64,000 nucleotides of DNA from Candidatus Parcubacteria bacterium (GCA_027355945.1 DAIEHA010000003.1:5769-69768), one strand, 5' to 3'; counted from the stretch's first letter, positions 18,170-27,966 are shown. Made by a program: numbers and translations. The notes: generated by a model from the sequence alone, not told the origin.

Positions 18170-18589
18170 CTATTTGCCAAGAGGAAGCCCCTTGAGGCAT
18201 TCATGATTGGAATTATATGCCCCGGAACTGATGAGGATCGTCCAGGCAGAAACGCCGTTCGCCACGGTCTTCTGGACGGCAGGGACATCCCTCGAGGCGT
18301 CGATCACCACGGATCCCTTCCCGGCCTCGATCACATCGCTCTCCGTGGCTCCTGAAGGACCGGAATACTCGAACCCCACCACTTTCTCCTTGAGATAACC
18401 AAGGTCGGAAAGCAGGAAGTACGGGCAGACGTTATCTCCGGGAAGCTTGGTTACGACCGCCTCGGGTTTGAGCACGGCCATATATCCCCGTTCCTGGCCG
18501 CGGACGGAAATGGTCCCGCAGTATGCGAAGACCATCACGACCGCCAATGTATAAAGTGCGATACCGCGATACCTCTCCATGAGGCACAT
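18170..18589 (-). CDS. Hypothetical exported protein
   Basis: N-terminal hydrophobic segment; upstream TGGACA-N17-TAAGAT and a downstream terminator. The true start may be the second Met. Confidence 0.6.
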   Translation of the reverse strand: MCLMERYRGIALYTLAVVMVFAYCGTISVRGQERGYMAVLKPEAVVTKLPGDNVCPYFLLSDLGYLKEKVVGFEYSGPSGATESDVIEAGKGSVVIDASRDVPAVQKTVANGVSAWTILISSGAYNSNHECLKGLPLGK

Positions 18590-18634
18590 CCTTCATCTCA
18601 TCTTATAGAAGAATGCTTCTCAAATGTCCAGAGG

Positions 18635-19738
18635 TCATGCACGGACCTCCTTCCCCACCGCATCAGCGATGTGCGCATATCCGTCGCGTGCGAGAAGTTC
18701 GACAAGCCCCTTGTTGATGCGCAAAACGGTGCGAGGCCCTCCGTAGATGAGGCCGGTGACGATCTGGATGAGCGATGCTCCTGCAAGGATCTTCTGATAT
18801 GCGTCCTCCGCGGTAAAGACGCCCCCGAGGCCGATGATCGCATACCGTCCCCCGCTCCGCTCGTGAATATGACGTATGAGGTCCGTGGAAGCATCCTTGA
18901 GAGGCGCACCGGAGATACCCCCTTCGGGAAGCAGGTCGAGGCGCTTTCGAGAGGAACGCAGTGTGAGACGATCGCGGCGCTTGGAGAGATTCCCTACCAC
19001 GAATCCATCGACGAACGGATATTTTGCGACGACCTCGAGGATGGCATCGGTCTCCTCGAAGGAAAGATGGCTGGAGATCTTGAGGAACACGGGACAATAT
19101 TTCCGCTCCCGCGAAAGCGTGGCAAGAAGTCCTTCCAGCATGCGAGGCTCTTGGAATGTGCAGCCATCCTGGGCGTTCGGGCACGAGATATTGAGCGTGA
19201 CGTAGCTGAAATGGGGGCCCAGCATGCGATAGGTCGCCGCATAATCCTCTATGGAAGCGCTCCCTTTGATGTCCGCGCGGTTCGTTTTTGCAATGTTCAC
19301 GCCGACCGGGATGCCGAATCTCCCGTTCGTCTGAAGCTCGGGGATCCTGCGAAGGACGTCCGCTGCCCCGGTGTTCTTGAGGCCGTAATAGACGATGAGG
19401 GAATGGTCGTCGGGAAGGCGCACGAGCCGGAGCCCCTCATTCCCGGCATATGGCCGCTGCGTCACGGCACCTACTTCCATGAATCCGAATCCCACGGAGG
19501 GCATGATGCGGGTGAGACGGACGTCTTTATCGAATCCCGCGCCAAGTCCTACGGGATTCTCAAACTCGATCCCGGCCACCCGCGTCCGCAGGGAAGGATG
19601 CCTATAGATGGAAACCATGCCGACGAGCGCACGTCCGGCGGGATGATCCCCCAACCGCTCCCCGATCCAGACAAAAAAATCATGCACCCGTTCCGGATCG
19701 AATCTGAAAAGGATGGGCCTCAGAAAGCGTTCGTACAT
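18635..19738 (-). CDS. pyrD: Dihydroorotate dehydrogenase, class 2 (quinone-type) scaffold
   Basis: LRPILFRFDPERVH N-terminal extension, NPVGLGAGFDK, GGISG and IGLGGV...GASLIQ. Confidence 0.92.
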   Translation of the reverse strand: MYERFLRPILFRFDPERVHDFFVWIGERLGDHPAGRALVGMVSIYRHPSLRTRVAGIEFENPVGLGAGFDKDVRLTRIMPSVGFGFMEVGAVTQRPYAGNEGLRLVRLPDDHSLIVYYGLKNTGAADVLRRIPELQTNGRFGIPVGVNIAKTNRADIKGSASIEDYAATYRMLGPHFSYVTLNISCPNAQDGCTFQEPRMLEGLLATLSRERKYCPVFLKISSHLSFEETDAILEVVAKYPFVDGFVVGNLSKRRDRLTLRSSRKRLDLLPEGGISGAPLKDASTDLIRHIHERSGGRYAIIGLGGVFTAEDAYQKILAGASLIQIVTGLIYGGPRTVLRINKGLVELLARDGYAHIADAVGKEVRA

Positions 19739-19754
19739 GCGGTTCCAGTCATAT

Positions 19755-20288
19755 TCAGTATTCTATGCCGCTCCGTGCCGATATATGGCTCCTATAGGGG
19801 TGGGAAAGCTCATCGCAACGGGTGGCGAGATCGGCCCGATACAGGACCTCTGAGTGGGCATAGCGGCCCGTAAATATCACATCCACGGCCTCCGGGACCG
19901 CATCAAGGAATGCAATGACGTCCTGAAGGGCGAGGAGATGAAGATCGAGGGCCACATTCACCTCATCCAGGATGACGAGATCGTATTCGCCCGATCCTGC
20001 TGCAACAGCTGCTTTTCCAAGGGCATCTTCCGCCGCCGTCCTATGTTCATCGAACGGCAGGGCATCGCCGAGGATCCCCACAAACCCAAGTCCGCCTTTT
20101 TCAAAATGGATCGCCTGGCCGGAAGGAGCGGTGATACGAGGGAGAACATCGTCCTCCCCGCTCGGGTAACGGGGGCTTTTGATGAATTGGATCATGAAGA
20201 CCCTCTTTCCCTGCCCCAAAGCACGGATCGCCTGGCCTATGGCAGCGGTCGTCTTTCCTTTTCCATTACCGGTGAAGACCATGAGCAT
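19755..20288 (-). CDS. btuR: ATP:cob(I)alamin adenosyltransferase, CobA/BtuR/CobO family
   Basis: TGNGKGKTTAA, IQFIK, DLVILDE, FTGR and HPY...GIEY. Confidence 0.92.
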   Translation of the reverse strand: MLMVFTGNGKGKTTAAIGQAIRALGQGKRVFMIQFIKSPRYPSGEDDVLPRITAPSGQAIHFEKGGLGFVGILGDALPFDEHRTAAEDALGKAAVAAGSGEYDLVILDEVNVALDLHLLALQDVIAFLDAVPEAVDVIFTGRYAHSEVLYRADLATRCDELSHPYRSHISARSGIEY

Positions 20289-20727
20289 GGCGTTAGCTTC
20301 ATTGTCCCGCCGATGCAGGAATATTCAATGAGATCGGGCGGAGTATGAATGGAACCTTCGTAATGCACACCCGCCACCAAGGGGTATGCATAGAGGGATT
20401 GCCCTCAGATGCAGCATGAAATAAGGATTAAATGAGGATATCCTCCTTGGAACTCCTCAAAAGATAAAAATGACGACATTATTGTCATCGCAATCCCCAC
20501 ACAAGACAGCCTCCCTTCGCACATCCCCATGCAAGGTTTTTTCGAAGGAAACAGTACCGCACCGCGCGGAGAGAATTGCCACGCTTCATAAAATATTTTT
20601 TTGCGGTGGTCATCGAATTCTCTCCGTGCGCCTGCGGTGGTTCAATAGTGAGGAGCCCCGGAACACACGCACCGGATCCGCTCACAAGGTCACCCTATCA
20701 TAAACCATATAAAAGAACCCTAAAGAC

Positions 20728-23043
20728 ATGGCCGGCGCGGCAAAAGAGCATTTCTCACAGATAAAGAAGAGGGACGGAAGGGTTGTGGCGTTCGATGGAG
20801 GCAAGATTACGAACGCGATCGCGAAGGCCATGCAGGCGACCGGAGAGACGACAGTACGCCAGGACGCGGAAAAAGTGGCGGAACAGGTCATTGCCGCGCT
20901 CACAAAGCGATATTCCAAAGATCATATTCCGACGATCGAGGAGATCCAGGACGTGGTCGAGACGGAATTGATCCTTATGGATTACGCGAAGACCGCAAAA
21001 GCCTATATCCTCTACCGCAACGAGCGTGCCCAGGTGCGCGAGAAGAAAAAAGAGATTCCTGCACACGTGCGCGAGCTCGCCGAAAAGAGCAAGAAATACT
21101 TCCGGAACCAGCTTGCGGAGTTCGTCTATTATCGCACGTATTCCAAGTGGATCCCCGAGGAAGGGCGCCGCGAGACGTGGGTAGAGACCGTAGGACGGTA
21201 TATCGATTTCATGAAGGAGAACCTTGGGGCGAAACTCACGGACAAAGAATATGAGGAGGTCCGGGAGACGATCCTCCGGCAGGAGGCCATGCCATCCATG
21301 AGGCTCCTCCAGTTCGCCGGCACCGCGGTGCGTACGACGAACGTCGCGGCATACAACTGCTCATTCGTAGCACCGCAAAAGCTCGAGGATTTCGCGGAGA
21401 TCATGTATATCTCGATGTGCGGCACGGGCGTAGGCTTCTCCGTGGAAAGCCAGAACGTACAGAATCTTCCGCAGATCAAGAAACAGACCGGCAAAAAGGC
21501 CGCGATCCATACGATTGCCGACAGCAAGGAAGGATGGTGCGACGCTCTCACGCTCGGGCTCAAGACATGGTTCGAGGGCAAGGACATCGACTTCGACTAT
21601 TCCGAGGTCCGTCCCGCAGGGGCGCGCCTTAAGACGATGGGCGGCAAAAGCTCGGGACCCGATCCGTTGCGTTCGCTCCTCGCATTCGCGCGCGCAAAGA
21701 TACTTGCAAAGCAAGGACGGCGCCTTTCCAACATCGACGTCCATGACATCTGCTGCAAAATCGGGGAGATCGTGGTCGCGGGAGGCGTACGCCGGAGCGC
21801 GATGATATCCCTTTCCGACATCGATGATACGGAGATGCGCGAAGCGAAGCAGGGCCAGTTCTATTTCACGGAACCTCAGCGCACGATGGCGAACAATTCC
21901 GCCGTCTATGCAGAAAAGCCGAGCTCGGAAGCATTCCTTCAGGAATGGCTCTCGCTCGTCGAAAGTCATACGGGCGAGCGGGGCATCTTCAATCGCGGCA
22001 GCCTGGTACACCAGCTTCCCGAACGCCGGAAGAAGGCCCTCGGAGAGGCGATCAATGCGATAGGGACGAATCCATGCGGCGAGGTCCTTCTCCAACCGAA
22101 GGAGTTCTGCAACCTCTCGGAAGTGGTGGCGCGCGCGGAAGATACGGAAGAAACGCTGCTCAGGAAGATCCGTATCGCCGCGATCCTCGGCACTTACCAG
22201 TCCACTCTCACCAATTTCCCTTATCTTTCCAAGGAATGGAGGGAGCACGTGGAGGCAGAGCGCCTGCTCGGCGTGTCCGTGACCGGACAATGGGACAGTC
22301 CCGTCGCCCGCGATGAGGCCGTGCTTCGGAAGCTTCGCGACCGGGCGATCGAGGTGAACAAGGAATATGCGAAGCGGTTCGGCGTCTCGCCATCCATGGC
22401 AGTCACCTGCGTAAAACCGTCCGGCACGGTATCGCAGACCGTGGATGCGGCATCAGGACTCCATCCGCGCCACGCGCAATACTATATCCGCCGCGTACGC
22501 ATCAGCGCCACCGATTCGCTTTTCCAGATGATGAAAGATCAGAAGGTCCCCTATTTCCCGGAGGTGGGGCAGTCGCTTTCCGCGGCTACCACCTACGTCC
22601 TCGAGTTCCCCGTAAAGGCACCGGAAAAAGCGGTGTTCAAGAACGATCTGAGCGCCATCGACCAACTCGAGCACTGGAAGAAGGTGAAAGTGAACTACAC
22701 CGAGCACAATCCTTCCGTCACGGTGTCCGTGGGCACGGATGAGTGGATCGGCGTGGCGAACTGGGTCTATGAGAACTGGGACCTTGTCGGAGGGCTTTCC
22801 TTCCTGCCCCGCGAGGACCATGCATATCTCCTTGCGCCGTACGAGGAGATCACAAAGGAACGCTACGAGGAGATGGCGTCGAAGATGCCTGAGATCGACT
22901 TCTCCCAGATCCTCCTCTATGAGAAGAGCGACGAGACGGATGCGAAGCAGGAGCTCGCCTGCGCGGGAGGCGTCTGCGAGATCGATGACGCTCTTGCGGC
23001 AGAGGCAGCGGCAAGCTCAGGGGCGGTAGCGGCAGCGGCATAG
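20728..23043 (+). CDS. nrdJ: Class II (adenosylcobalamin-dependent) ribonucleotide reductase with N-terminal ATP-cone
   Basis: IKKRDG ATP-cone, YYRTYS, YNCSF, AGGVRRSA, TNPCGE, CVKPSGT and C-terminal CAGGVC. Confidence 0.9.
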   Translation: MAGAAKEHFSQIKKRDGRVVAFDGGKITNAIAKAMQATGETTVRQDAEKVAEQVIAALTKRYSKDHIPTIEEIQDVVETELILMDYAKTAKAYILYRNERAQVREKKKEIPAHVRELAEKSKKYFRNQLAEFVYYRTYSKWIPEEGRRETWVETVGRYIDFMKENLGAKLTDKEYEEVRETILRQEAMPSMRLLQFAGTAVRTTNVAAYNCSFVAPQKLEDFAEIMYISMCGTGVGFSVESQNVQNLPQIKKQTGKKAAIHTIADSKEGWCDALTLGLKTWFEGKDIDFDYSEVRPAGARLKTMGGKSSGPDPLRSLLAFARAKILAKQGRRLSNIDVHDICCKIGEIVVAGGVRRSAMISLSDIDDTEMREAKQGQFYFTEPQRTMANNSAVYAEKPSSEAFLQEWLSLVESHTGERGIFNRGSLVHQLPERRKKALGEAINAIGTNPCGEVLLQPKEFCNLSEVVARAEDTEETLLRKIRIAAILGTYQSTLTNFPYLSKEWREHVEAERLLGVSVTGQWDSPVARDEAVLRKLRDRAIEVNKEYAKRFGVSPSMAVTCVKPSGTVSQTVDAASGLHPRHAQYYIRRVRISATDSLFQMMKDQKVPYFPEVGQSLSAATTYVLEFPVKAPEKAVFKNDLSAIDQLEHWKKVKVNYTEHNPSVTVSVGTDEWIGVANWVYENWDLVGGLSFLPREDHAYLLAPYEEITKERYEEMASKMPEIDFSQILLYEKSDETDAKQELACAGGVCEIDDALAAEAAASSGAVAAAA

Positions 23044-23073
23044 CAGCCCTCGCTCCTTCCGCGAGTGCGGAAC

Positions 23074-23106
23074 AAAAACAGCGGCGAACCATCGCCGCTG
23101 TTTTTT
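23074..23106. terminator. Bidirectional intrinsic terminator
   Basis: AAAAACAGCGGCGA-ACCA-TCGCCGCTGTTTTTT between convergent genes. Confidence 0.85.
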
Positions 23107-23165
23107 ATGAGGCCGCTATAGGAATGCCTCGGTTCTTTTACGCCACAGAAATGGGATGGTACGGC

Positions 23166-23570
23166 CTATTTCAAAGTCCCGGAAGGAGACGTACCAAGAG
23201 AGGCGGCGGAGGAGGAAGTGAGAGGGATTGATGCTGCCGATGATGTCGTTCCGGGAGATGCAGGGAGGATCTCCGTTGCGGACGCGGAGGATTGTGCAGG
23301 GAACGACGTTCCGGCCCCGGAGATAGTCGATGATTGCGGAGAGGATGTTGAGATGCCGCGGAAATCGATGCGAGCGGCATTCTGAAGGTCGAACCCGGGC
23401 TGGGGTGCGAGCGGAGGATTCACGACCGAACGGTCCATCTGCGTCACGATGACCCCGATGGTCGCATAAAGAAGCCATATGACGACCCCGATAAAGATCG
23501 CCGCAGAGAGCATGAGAAGCGTCTCGGTGTGCGACTTAAGGAAGAATTTCAGGGATTGGATCTTCGTCAT
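23166..23570 (-). CDS. Single-TM protein with Ser/Thr-rich tail, probably pilus-associated
   Basis: Start overlaps the stop of the PilO-like gene; one TM helix followed by a low-complexity tail. Confidence 0.65.
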   Translation of the reverse strand: MTKIQSLKFFLKSHTETLLMLSAAIFIGVVIWLLYATIGVIVTQMDRSVVNPPLAPQPGFDLQNAARIDFRGISTSSPQSSTISGAGTSFPAQSSASATEILPASPGTTSSAASIPLTSSSAASLGTSPSGTLK

Positions 23571-24100
23571 TATCGGAAATAGGCGATGCCTTGCGCAGTC
23601 ACGGTCTCCTGATTGCGGTCATTGGTGAAATCCACCGAGGTGAAGGAAATAATGAAACCCGGGGCCTTAGCGGCAATATAATCAAGGAAAGGCACCATGC
23701 TCCCTCCCGATCCTTGGGCGGTGAGGGTGAACCCCGTGTTCCCGGGCGTATCACCGGAGGGAAGTGTGGGGTTGCCTTGATAGGAAACGGTGGCATTCAC
23801 CTGGAACCGCGCGGCCGCCTGGCCCATCCATGCACTGAACCCAAGGAGACCCGATTGATCCGGGATAAGCTGCTTGATCGCGACATCGTATTGCGCGGCC
23901 TGCGGCGCAGCGGTCTCGAGCGATGCAAGGCTTGCAAGCGAACTCGCATCATTCCCCGCTTTCGTTTTTGCCATGACGATCTGATCGGCTTCTGCGCTTA
24001 TGGCTCCGGAAAAATATGAAAACGCGACAAGCGCAGCAACAATGCTGCTGACGATCACGCCCGCGCCTATCCAAAAACGCACCTTGAAACCATCATGCAT
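23570..24100 (-). CDS. Second PilO-like protein
   Basis: TM helix, short coiled coil, LIPDQ..L, and FTLTAQGS...FLD PilO-type ending. Confidence 0.6.
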   Translation of the reverse strand: MHDGFKVRFWIGAGVIVSSIVAALVAFSYFSGAISAEADQIVMAKTKAGNDASSLASLASLETAAPQAAQYDVAIKQLIPDQSGLLGFSAWMGQAAARFQVNATVSYQGNPTLPSGDTPGNTGFTLTAQGSGGSMVPFLDYIAAKAPGFIISFTSVDFTNDRNQETVTAQGIAYFR

Positions 24101-24271
24101 GATATTGGTCCTTTTAATTATAGAATAAAGGCGCTGTGGATACCATGAAACCGCCGTTTGCCCGAAGGAATGTCGGTATGCGCCAAAAGGAGGGCTCGTA
24201 CATAAAGAAAGTATAAAGGGAAGTTTTGAGCGCAGGGATGCCTGCCATTATAGTGAGCGTACCACGACGCC

Positions 24272-25411
24272 ATGGAACGCGAACCCATGTACTACCACGC
24301 GCTCGCGACCGCTCTTCTCGGCGATCACGGGGCCATAGAAAAGGCGCGGCGAGGATACGCGTGCTGGGAGGACGCATATGCTGCATTCGGAAGAAGGCCT
24401 GGGAACGCAGGAACGCCGCTCCCCGCGGGGATGCGGCCCCTCCCCCCTCATCCGGAACGCCTTGCCGAAACGACAGAACGCGCAGGCATCCGGATCATCC
24501 TCAAGGAGGATCCCTTGTTCCCAAAGCAGCTCCGAGAGATCCCCCGCCCGCCCCATGCGCTCTATGTGAAAGGGAATGCGGATACGGCAGGTACGGACGA
24601 TCGGAACGGGATCGGCCTGCTTGCGATCGTCGGTACGCGCCAGGCGACGCCCGAAGGAAAGTCACTCGCACGGCGTTTCGGCCGCACGCTGTCAGCGCGT
24701 GGGTTCGGTATCGTAAGCGGCCTCGCATTCGGCATCGATGCGGCGGGGCACGAAGGGTGCCTCGAAGGCCGGGGCGGACCCGCGATCGCGGTGCTCGCAG
24801 GAGGGCTCGGGGAGGTCCATCCGAAAGGCAATCGGGCGCTTGCGGAACGGATCATTCGGGAACGCGGCGCGCTCATATCGGAATACCCTCCGAACGAGGC
24901 GCCCCTTCCCCGAAGATTCATCGAGCGCAACCGGATCATAAGCGGACTTTCGAAGGGTATTGTGGTCGTGGAAGCTCCCGAACGATCGGGGGCGCTTGCA
25001 ACCGCGCGGTTCGCGTTTGAACAGGATCGCGATCTTTTCGTGCTTCCGGGAAACGCGCTCGCCGGACATTATCGCGGTTCCAATCTCCTCATCAAGCAGG
25101 GCGCGGCCCTCGTGACATCCCCAGAGGACATTCTGGAAAGTTATGGTATCGTAATAAAGAAAGTGGGCCCGGCGCAGGACGGATATGCGGAATGGAAGCG
25201 CTGCGCAGGGACGCTCACTGGCGAGGAATCTGAGGTGCTCGATGCGATCGCGCGCGAATGCGCTGCGCATGGCACGGCCGTCGATGTTGACAAAATCTCC
25301 GCGGCGGCTAAACTTGAACCCCGAATCGTCAACCGTACGCTCACCTTCCTTGTGTTGAAAGGATTGATACAAGAGGATGCTGATGGATTTTCATTAAACG
25401 ACCATCGATAG
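24272..25411 (+). CDS. dprA: DNA-processing protein DprA
   Basis: AIVGTR, IVSGLAFGIDAAGH, RNRIISGLS, VVEAPERSGAL and GSNLLIKQGA, plus a C-terminal winged helix. Confidence 0.95.
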   Translation: MEREPMYYHALATALLGDHGAIEKARRGYACWEDAYAAFGRRPGNAGTPLPAGMRPLPPHPERLAETTERAGIRIILKEDPLFPKQLREIPRPPHALYVKGNADTAGTDDRNGIGLLAIVGTRQATPEGKSLARRFGRTLSARGFGIVSGLAFGIDAAGHEGCLEGRGGPAIAVLAGGLGEVHPKGNRALAERIIRERGALISEYPPNEAPLPRRFIERNRIISGLSKGIVVVEAPERSGALATARFAFEQDRDLFVLPGNALAGHYRGSNLLIKQGAALVTSPEDILESYGIVIKKVGPAQDGYAEWKRCAGTLTGEESEVLDAIARECAAHGTAVDVDKISAAAKLEPRIVNRTLTFLVLKGLIQEDADGFSLNDHR

Positions 25412-25413
25412 AC

Positions 25414-27762
25414 ATGGACCTCATCATAGTAGAATCGCCCACCAAGGCGAAGACCATCGGAAAATTCGTCGGTAAGGAATTCGCCGTAGAATCGTCGTAC
25501 GGCCATATTCGCGATCTTCCGAAAAGCAAGATCGGCATCGATGTGAAGCATGATTTCACGCCGCAATACATCATTCCCAAAAAAGCGGAACCTGTCGTCG
25601 CAAACCTCAAGAAACTCGCACAAAAGGCGGACAGGGTGATCCTTGCGACCGACGAAGACCGCGAAGGGGAGGCGATCGCATGGCATCTCGTCACGGCGCT
25701 CGAGCTCGATGGGAACGCGCGCGGCAAAGGGAAGGCCGCAGCCCCCAAGCCATATGAACGCATCGCATTCCATGAGATCACGAAAAGCGCGATCCTCGAA
25801 GCGCTCCAGCATCCCCGCACGCTCGATCTGAACCTCGTGGACGCCCAACAGGCGAGACGCGTGGTCGACCGGCTTGTCGGCTATGAGCTTTCCCCTTTCC
25901 TCTGGCGCAAGATCCGCTACGGCCTCTCGGCGGGACGCGTACAAAGCGTGGCTGTCCGGCTCATCGTGGAACGCGAGCGGCAGATCCAGGCATTCAATAA
26001 AGAGGAATACTGGACGATCGAGGCGGAATTCGTCGCAGGCGTCAAGGGCGCGAAGAACGGCGCATTCCCCGCCTATCTCCACTCACTGGAAGGCAAGACG
26101 CTTGGTAAAATGGCGATCACCGACGAAGCCCGCGCCCGCACCATCCTCGCAAAGCTCGAAAATGCGCGTTATTCGGTCGCTGGGATCTCCACAAAGGAGG
26201 TGCGCAGGACCCCCGCCCCTCCCTTCACGACATCCACGCTACAGCAGGAGGCTGCGCGGAAGCTCGGATTCTCCGCGAAGCAGACCATGGTGGTCGCGCA
26301 GCATCTCTATGAGAACGGCCATATAACCTATATGCGTACGGATAGCGTGAATCTCGCTGCCGCGGCGCTCGCCGCGGCGCAGGAGGTCATTGGAAGCGAG
26401 TTCGGTGAAGGCTACCGCCTTGCATCGCCCCGCTACTATGCGAACCGGAGCAAAGGCGCGCAGGAGGCGCACGAAGCGATCCGTCCAACGAATCTTGCTG
26501 CGATCGTCGGGGAGAATTTCTCGCTCAAAGACCGGGGAGAGGCCCGCCTATACGATCTCATCTGGAAACGCACGATCGCATCCCAGATGAAGGAAGCGGT
26601 CCTCGAACAGACATCGGCGGACATCGCGGCAGATATTCCGGAAGGAGCGATGTTCCGTGCGAACGGGCAGACGGTCGTGTTCGATGGATTCATACGGGTC
26701 TATACGGAGGGAAAGGACGACGATGCGGGCGCAGAGACGGAAGGGACGCTCCCCAAGCTTGCGGAAGGGACCGCGATCTCGCTCGCCGCAGCGGCGGAAG
26801 GCAAAGGGAACCCCTCCCCTATCCAGCATTTTACCGAACCCCCGGCACGCTATACAGACGCCACGCTCGTAAAGGCACTCGAAGCAGAAGGGATCGGAAG
26901 GCCATCCACGTACGCTCCCACCCTTTCCACGATCCAAGAGCGCGGATATGCGGAAAAGGAGGACAAAAAATACCATCCGACGGAGATAGGAACTCTCGTA
27001 AACGACCTTCTTGTCGAGAACTTCCCCGAGATCGTGGACCTCAAGTTCACCTCGAAGATCGAGGAGGGATTCGATGAGGTTGCGGAGGGGAAGCTCGGAT
27101 GGACCGAGGTGTGCAGGGAATTCTATACGCCCTTCAAGAAGGACCTGGAGGAGAAGGAGGCGACCGTCGAGAAACAAGTGGAGGTATCGGATACGCCCTG
27201 CCCTCACTGCGGCAAGCCCATGATCATCAAGTTCGGAAGGATGGGGAAATTCCTCGCCTGCCCCGAGCCGGGGGTGAAGGTCACGCTCCCCATGCCGGAG
27301 GAAGCCGCACAGATCCGTGCACTCGAGGAAAAAACGAAGGACGAACGCTGTCCGATCTGCAACAAACCGATGAAGGTGCGCCGCGGAAGATTCGGGTTCT
27401 TCCTCGGCTGCACCGACTATCCGAAATGCAAAGGCGTTGCAAAGATATGGGATAAGACGGGGTTCAAATGCCCGAATTGCAGCGCAAAAGTGGAATCCGG
27501 TGAATGGAAACCCGACGAGAGCGATCCCGCAAAGAACACGAAAGAGAAATTGATCGGCGATATCGTACTCAAGAAATCCCGGGGCCGCGGCAAACCATTC
27601 TATGCCTGCACGCGCTACCCCGACTGCACGTTCGTCACGAACAAGAAACCGGAATCCGAGGAAGAGCTCAGGGATGCATACGTGCACTGGCGCGAAAACC
27701 CTCCCGGGGAGAAAAAGAAGACCGCGAGAAAAGGCGCGGTGAAGAGGGCAAGAACAAAATGA
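25414..27762 (+). CDS. topA: DNA topoisomerase I
   Basis: IVESPTKAKTI, ATDEDREGE, SAGRVQS, ITYMRTD and GIGRPSTY, with C-terminal Zn ribbons. Confidence 0.97.
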   Translation: MDLIIVESPTKAKTIGKFVGKEFAVESSYGHIRDLPKSKIGIDVKHDFTPQYIIPKKAEPVVANLKKLAQKADRVILATDEDREGEAIAWHLVTALELDGNARGKGKAAAPKPYERIAFHEITKSAILEALQHPRTLDLNLVDAQQARRVVDRLVGYELSPFLWRKIRYGLSAGRVQSVAVRLIVERERQIQAFNKEEYWTIEAEFVAGVKGAKNGAFPAYLHSLEGKTLGKMAITDEARARTILAKLENARYSVAGISTKEVRRTPAPPFTTSTLQQEAARKLGFSAKQTMVVAQHLYENGHITYMRTDSVNLAAAALAAAQEVIGSEFGEGYRLASPRYYANRSKGAQEAHEAIRPTNLAAIVGENFSLKDRGEARLYDLIWKRTIASQMKEAVLEQTSADIAADIPEGAMFRANGQTVVFDGFIRVYTEGKDDDAGAETEGTLPKLAEGTAISLAAAAEGKGNPSPIQHFTEPPARYTDATLVKALEAEGIGRPSTYAPTLSTIQERGYAEKEDKKYHPTEIGTLVNDLLVENFPEIVDLKFTSKIEEGFDEVAEGKLGWTEVCREFYTPFKKDLEEKEATVEKQVEVSDTPCPHCGKPMIIKFGRMGKFLACPEPGVKVTLPMPEEAAQIRALEEKTKDERCPICNKPMKVRRGRFGFFLGCTDYPKCKGVAKIWDKTGFKCPNCSAKVESGEWKPDESDPAKNTKEKLIGDIVLKKSRGRGKPFYACTRYPDCTFVTNKKPESEEELRDAYVHWRENPPGEKKKTARKGAVKRARTK

Positions 27763-27789
27763 GCCCGAAAGGGCTCATTTTGTTCTTGC
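27748..27789. terminator. 19-bp perfect inverted repeat between convergent topA and tRNA-Leu
   Basis: GCAAGAACAAAATGAGCCC-GAAA-GGGCTCATTTTGTTCTTGC. Confidence 0.85.
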
Positions 27790-27791
27790 AG

Positions 27792-27874
27792 TGCCCGGGG
27801 TGGGAGTCGGACCCACATGCCCTTACGGACTGGGGATTTTAAGTCCCCTGCGTATGCCATTCCGCCACCCGGGC
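27792..27874 (-). tRNA. tRNA-Leu(TAA), CCA not encoded, T-loop TCCGA
   Basis: Acceptor GCCCGGG/CCCGGGC, anticodon arm GGGGA-CTTAAAA-TCCCC, long variable arm. Confidence 0.93.
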
Positions 27875-27894
27875 ATCTCCGCCATCCATGATTG

Positions 27895-27966
27895 AGGCCA
27901 CGACGGGATTTGCACCCGTGCATCGCGGTTTTGCAGACCGCTGCGTTACTGCTTCGCCACGTGGCC
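27895..27966 (-). tRNA. tRNA-Cys(GCA), CCA not encoded, T-loop TGCAA
   Basis: Acceptor GGCCACG/CGTGGCC, anticodon arm GCGGT-CTGCAAA-ACCGC, U73 discriminator. Confidence 0.93.

Noticed and set aside
20289-20727. Cobalamin riboswitch or NrdR boxes upstream of nrdJ/btuR
   Set aside because: No GGGAA...GCCACTG / B12-box core and no convincing NrdR palindrome by eye; the ATCCCCACA near 20493 has three mismatches to a DnaA box.
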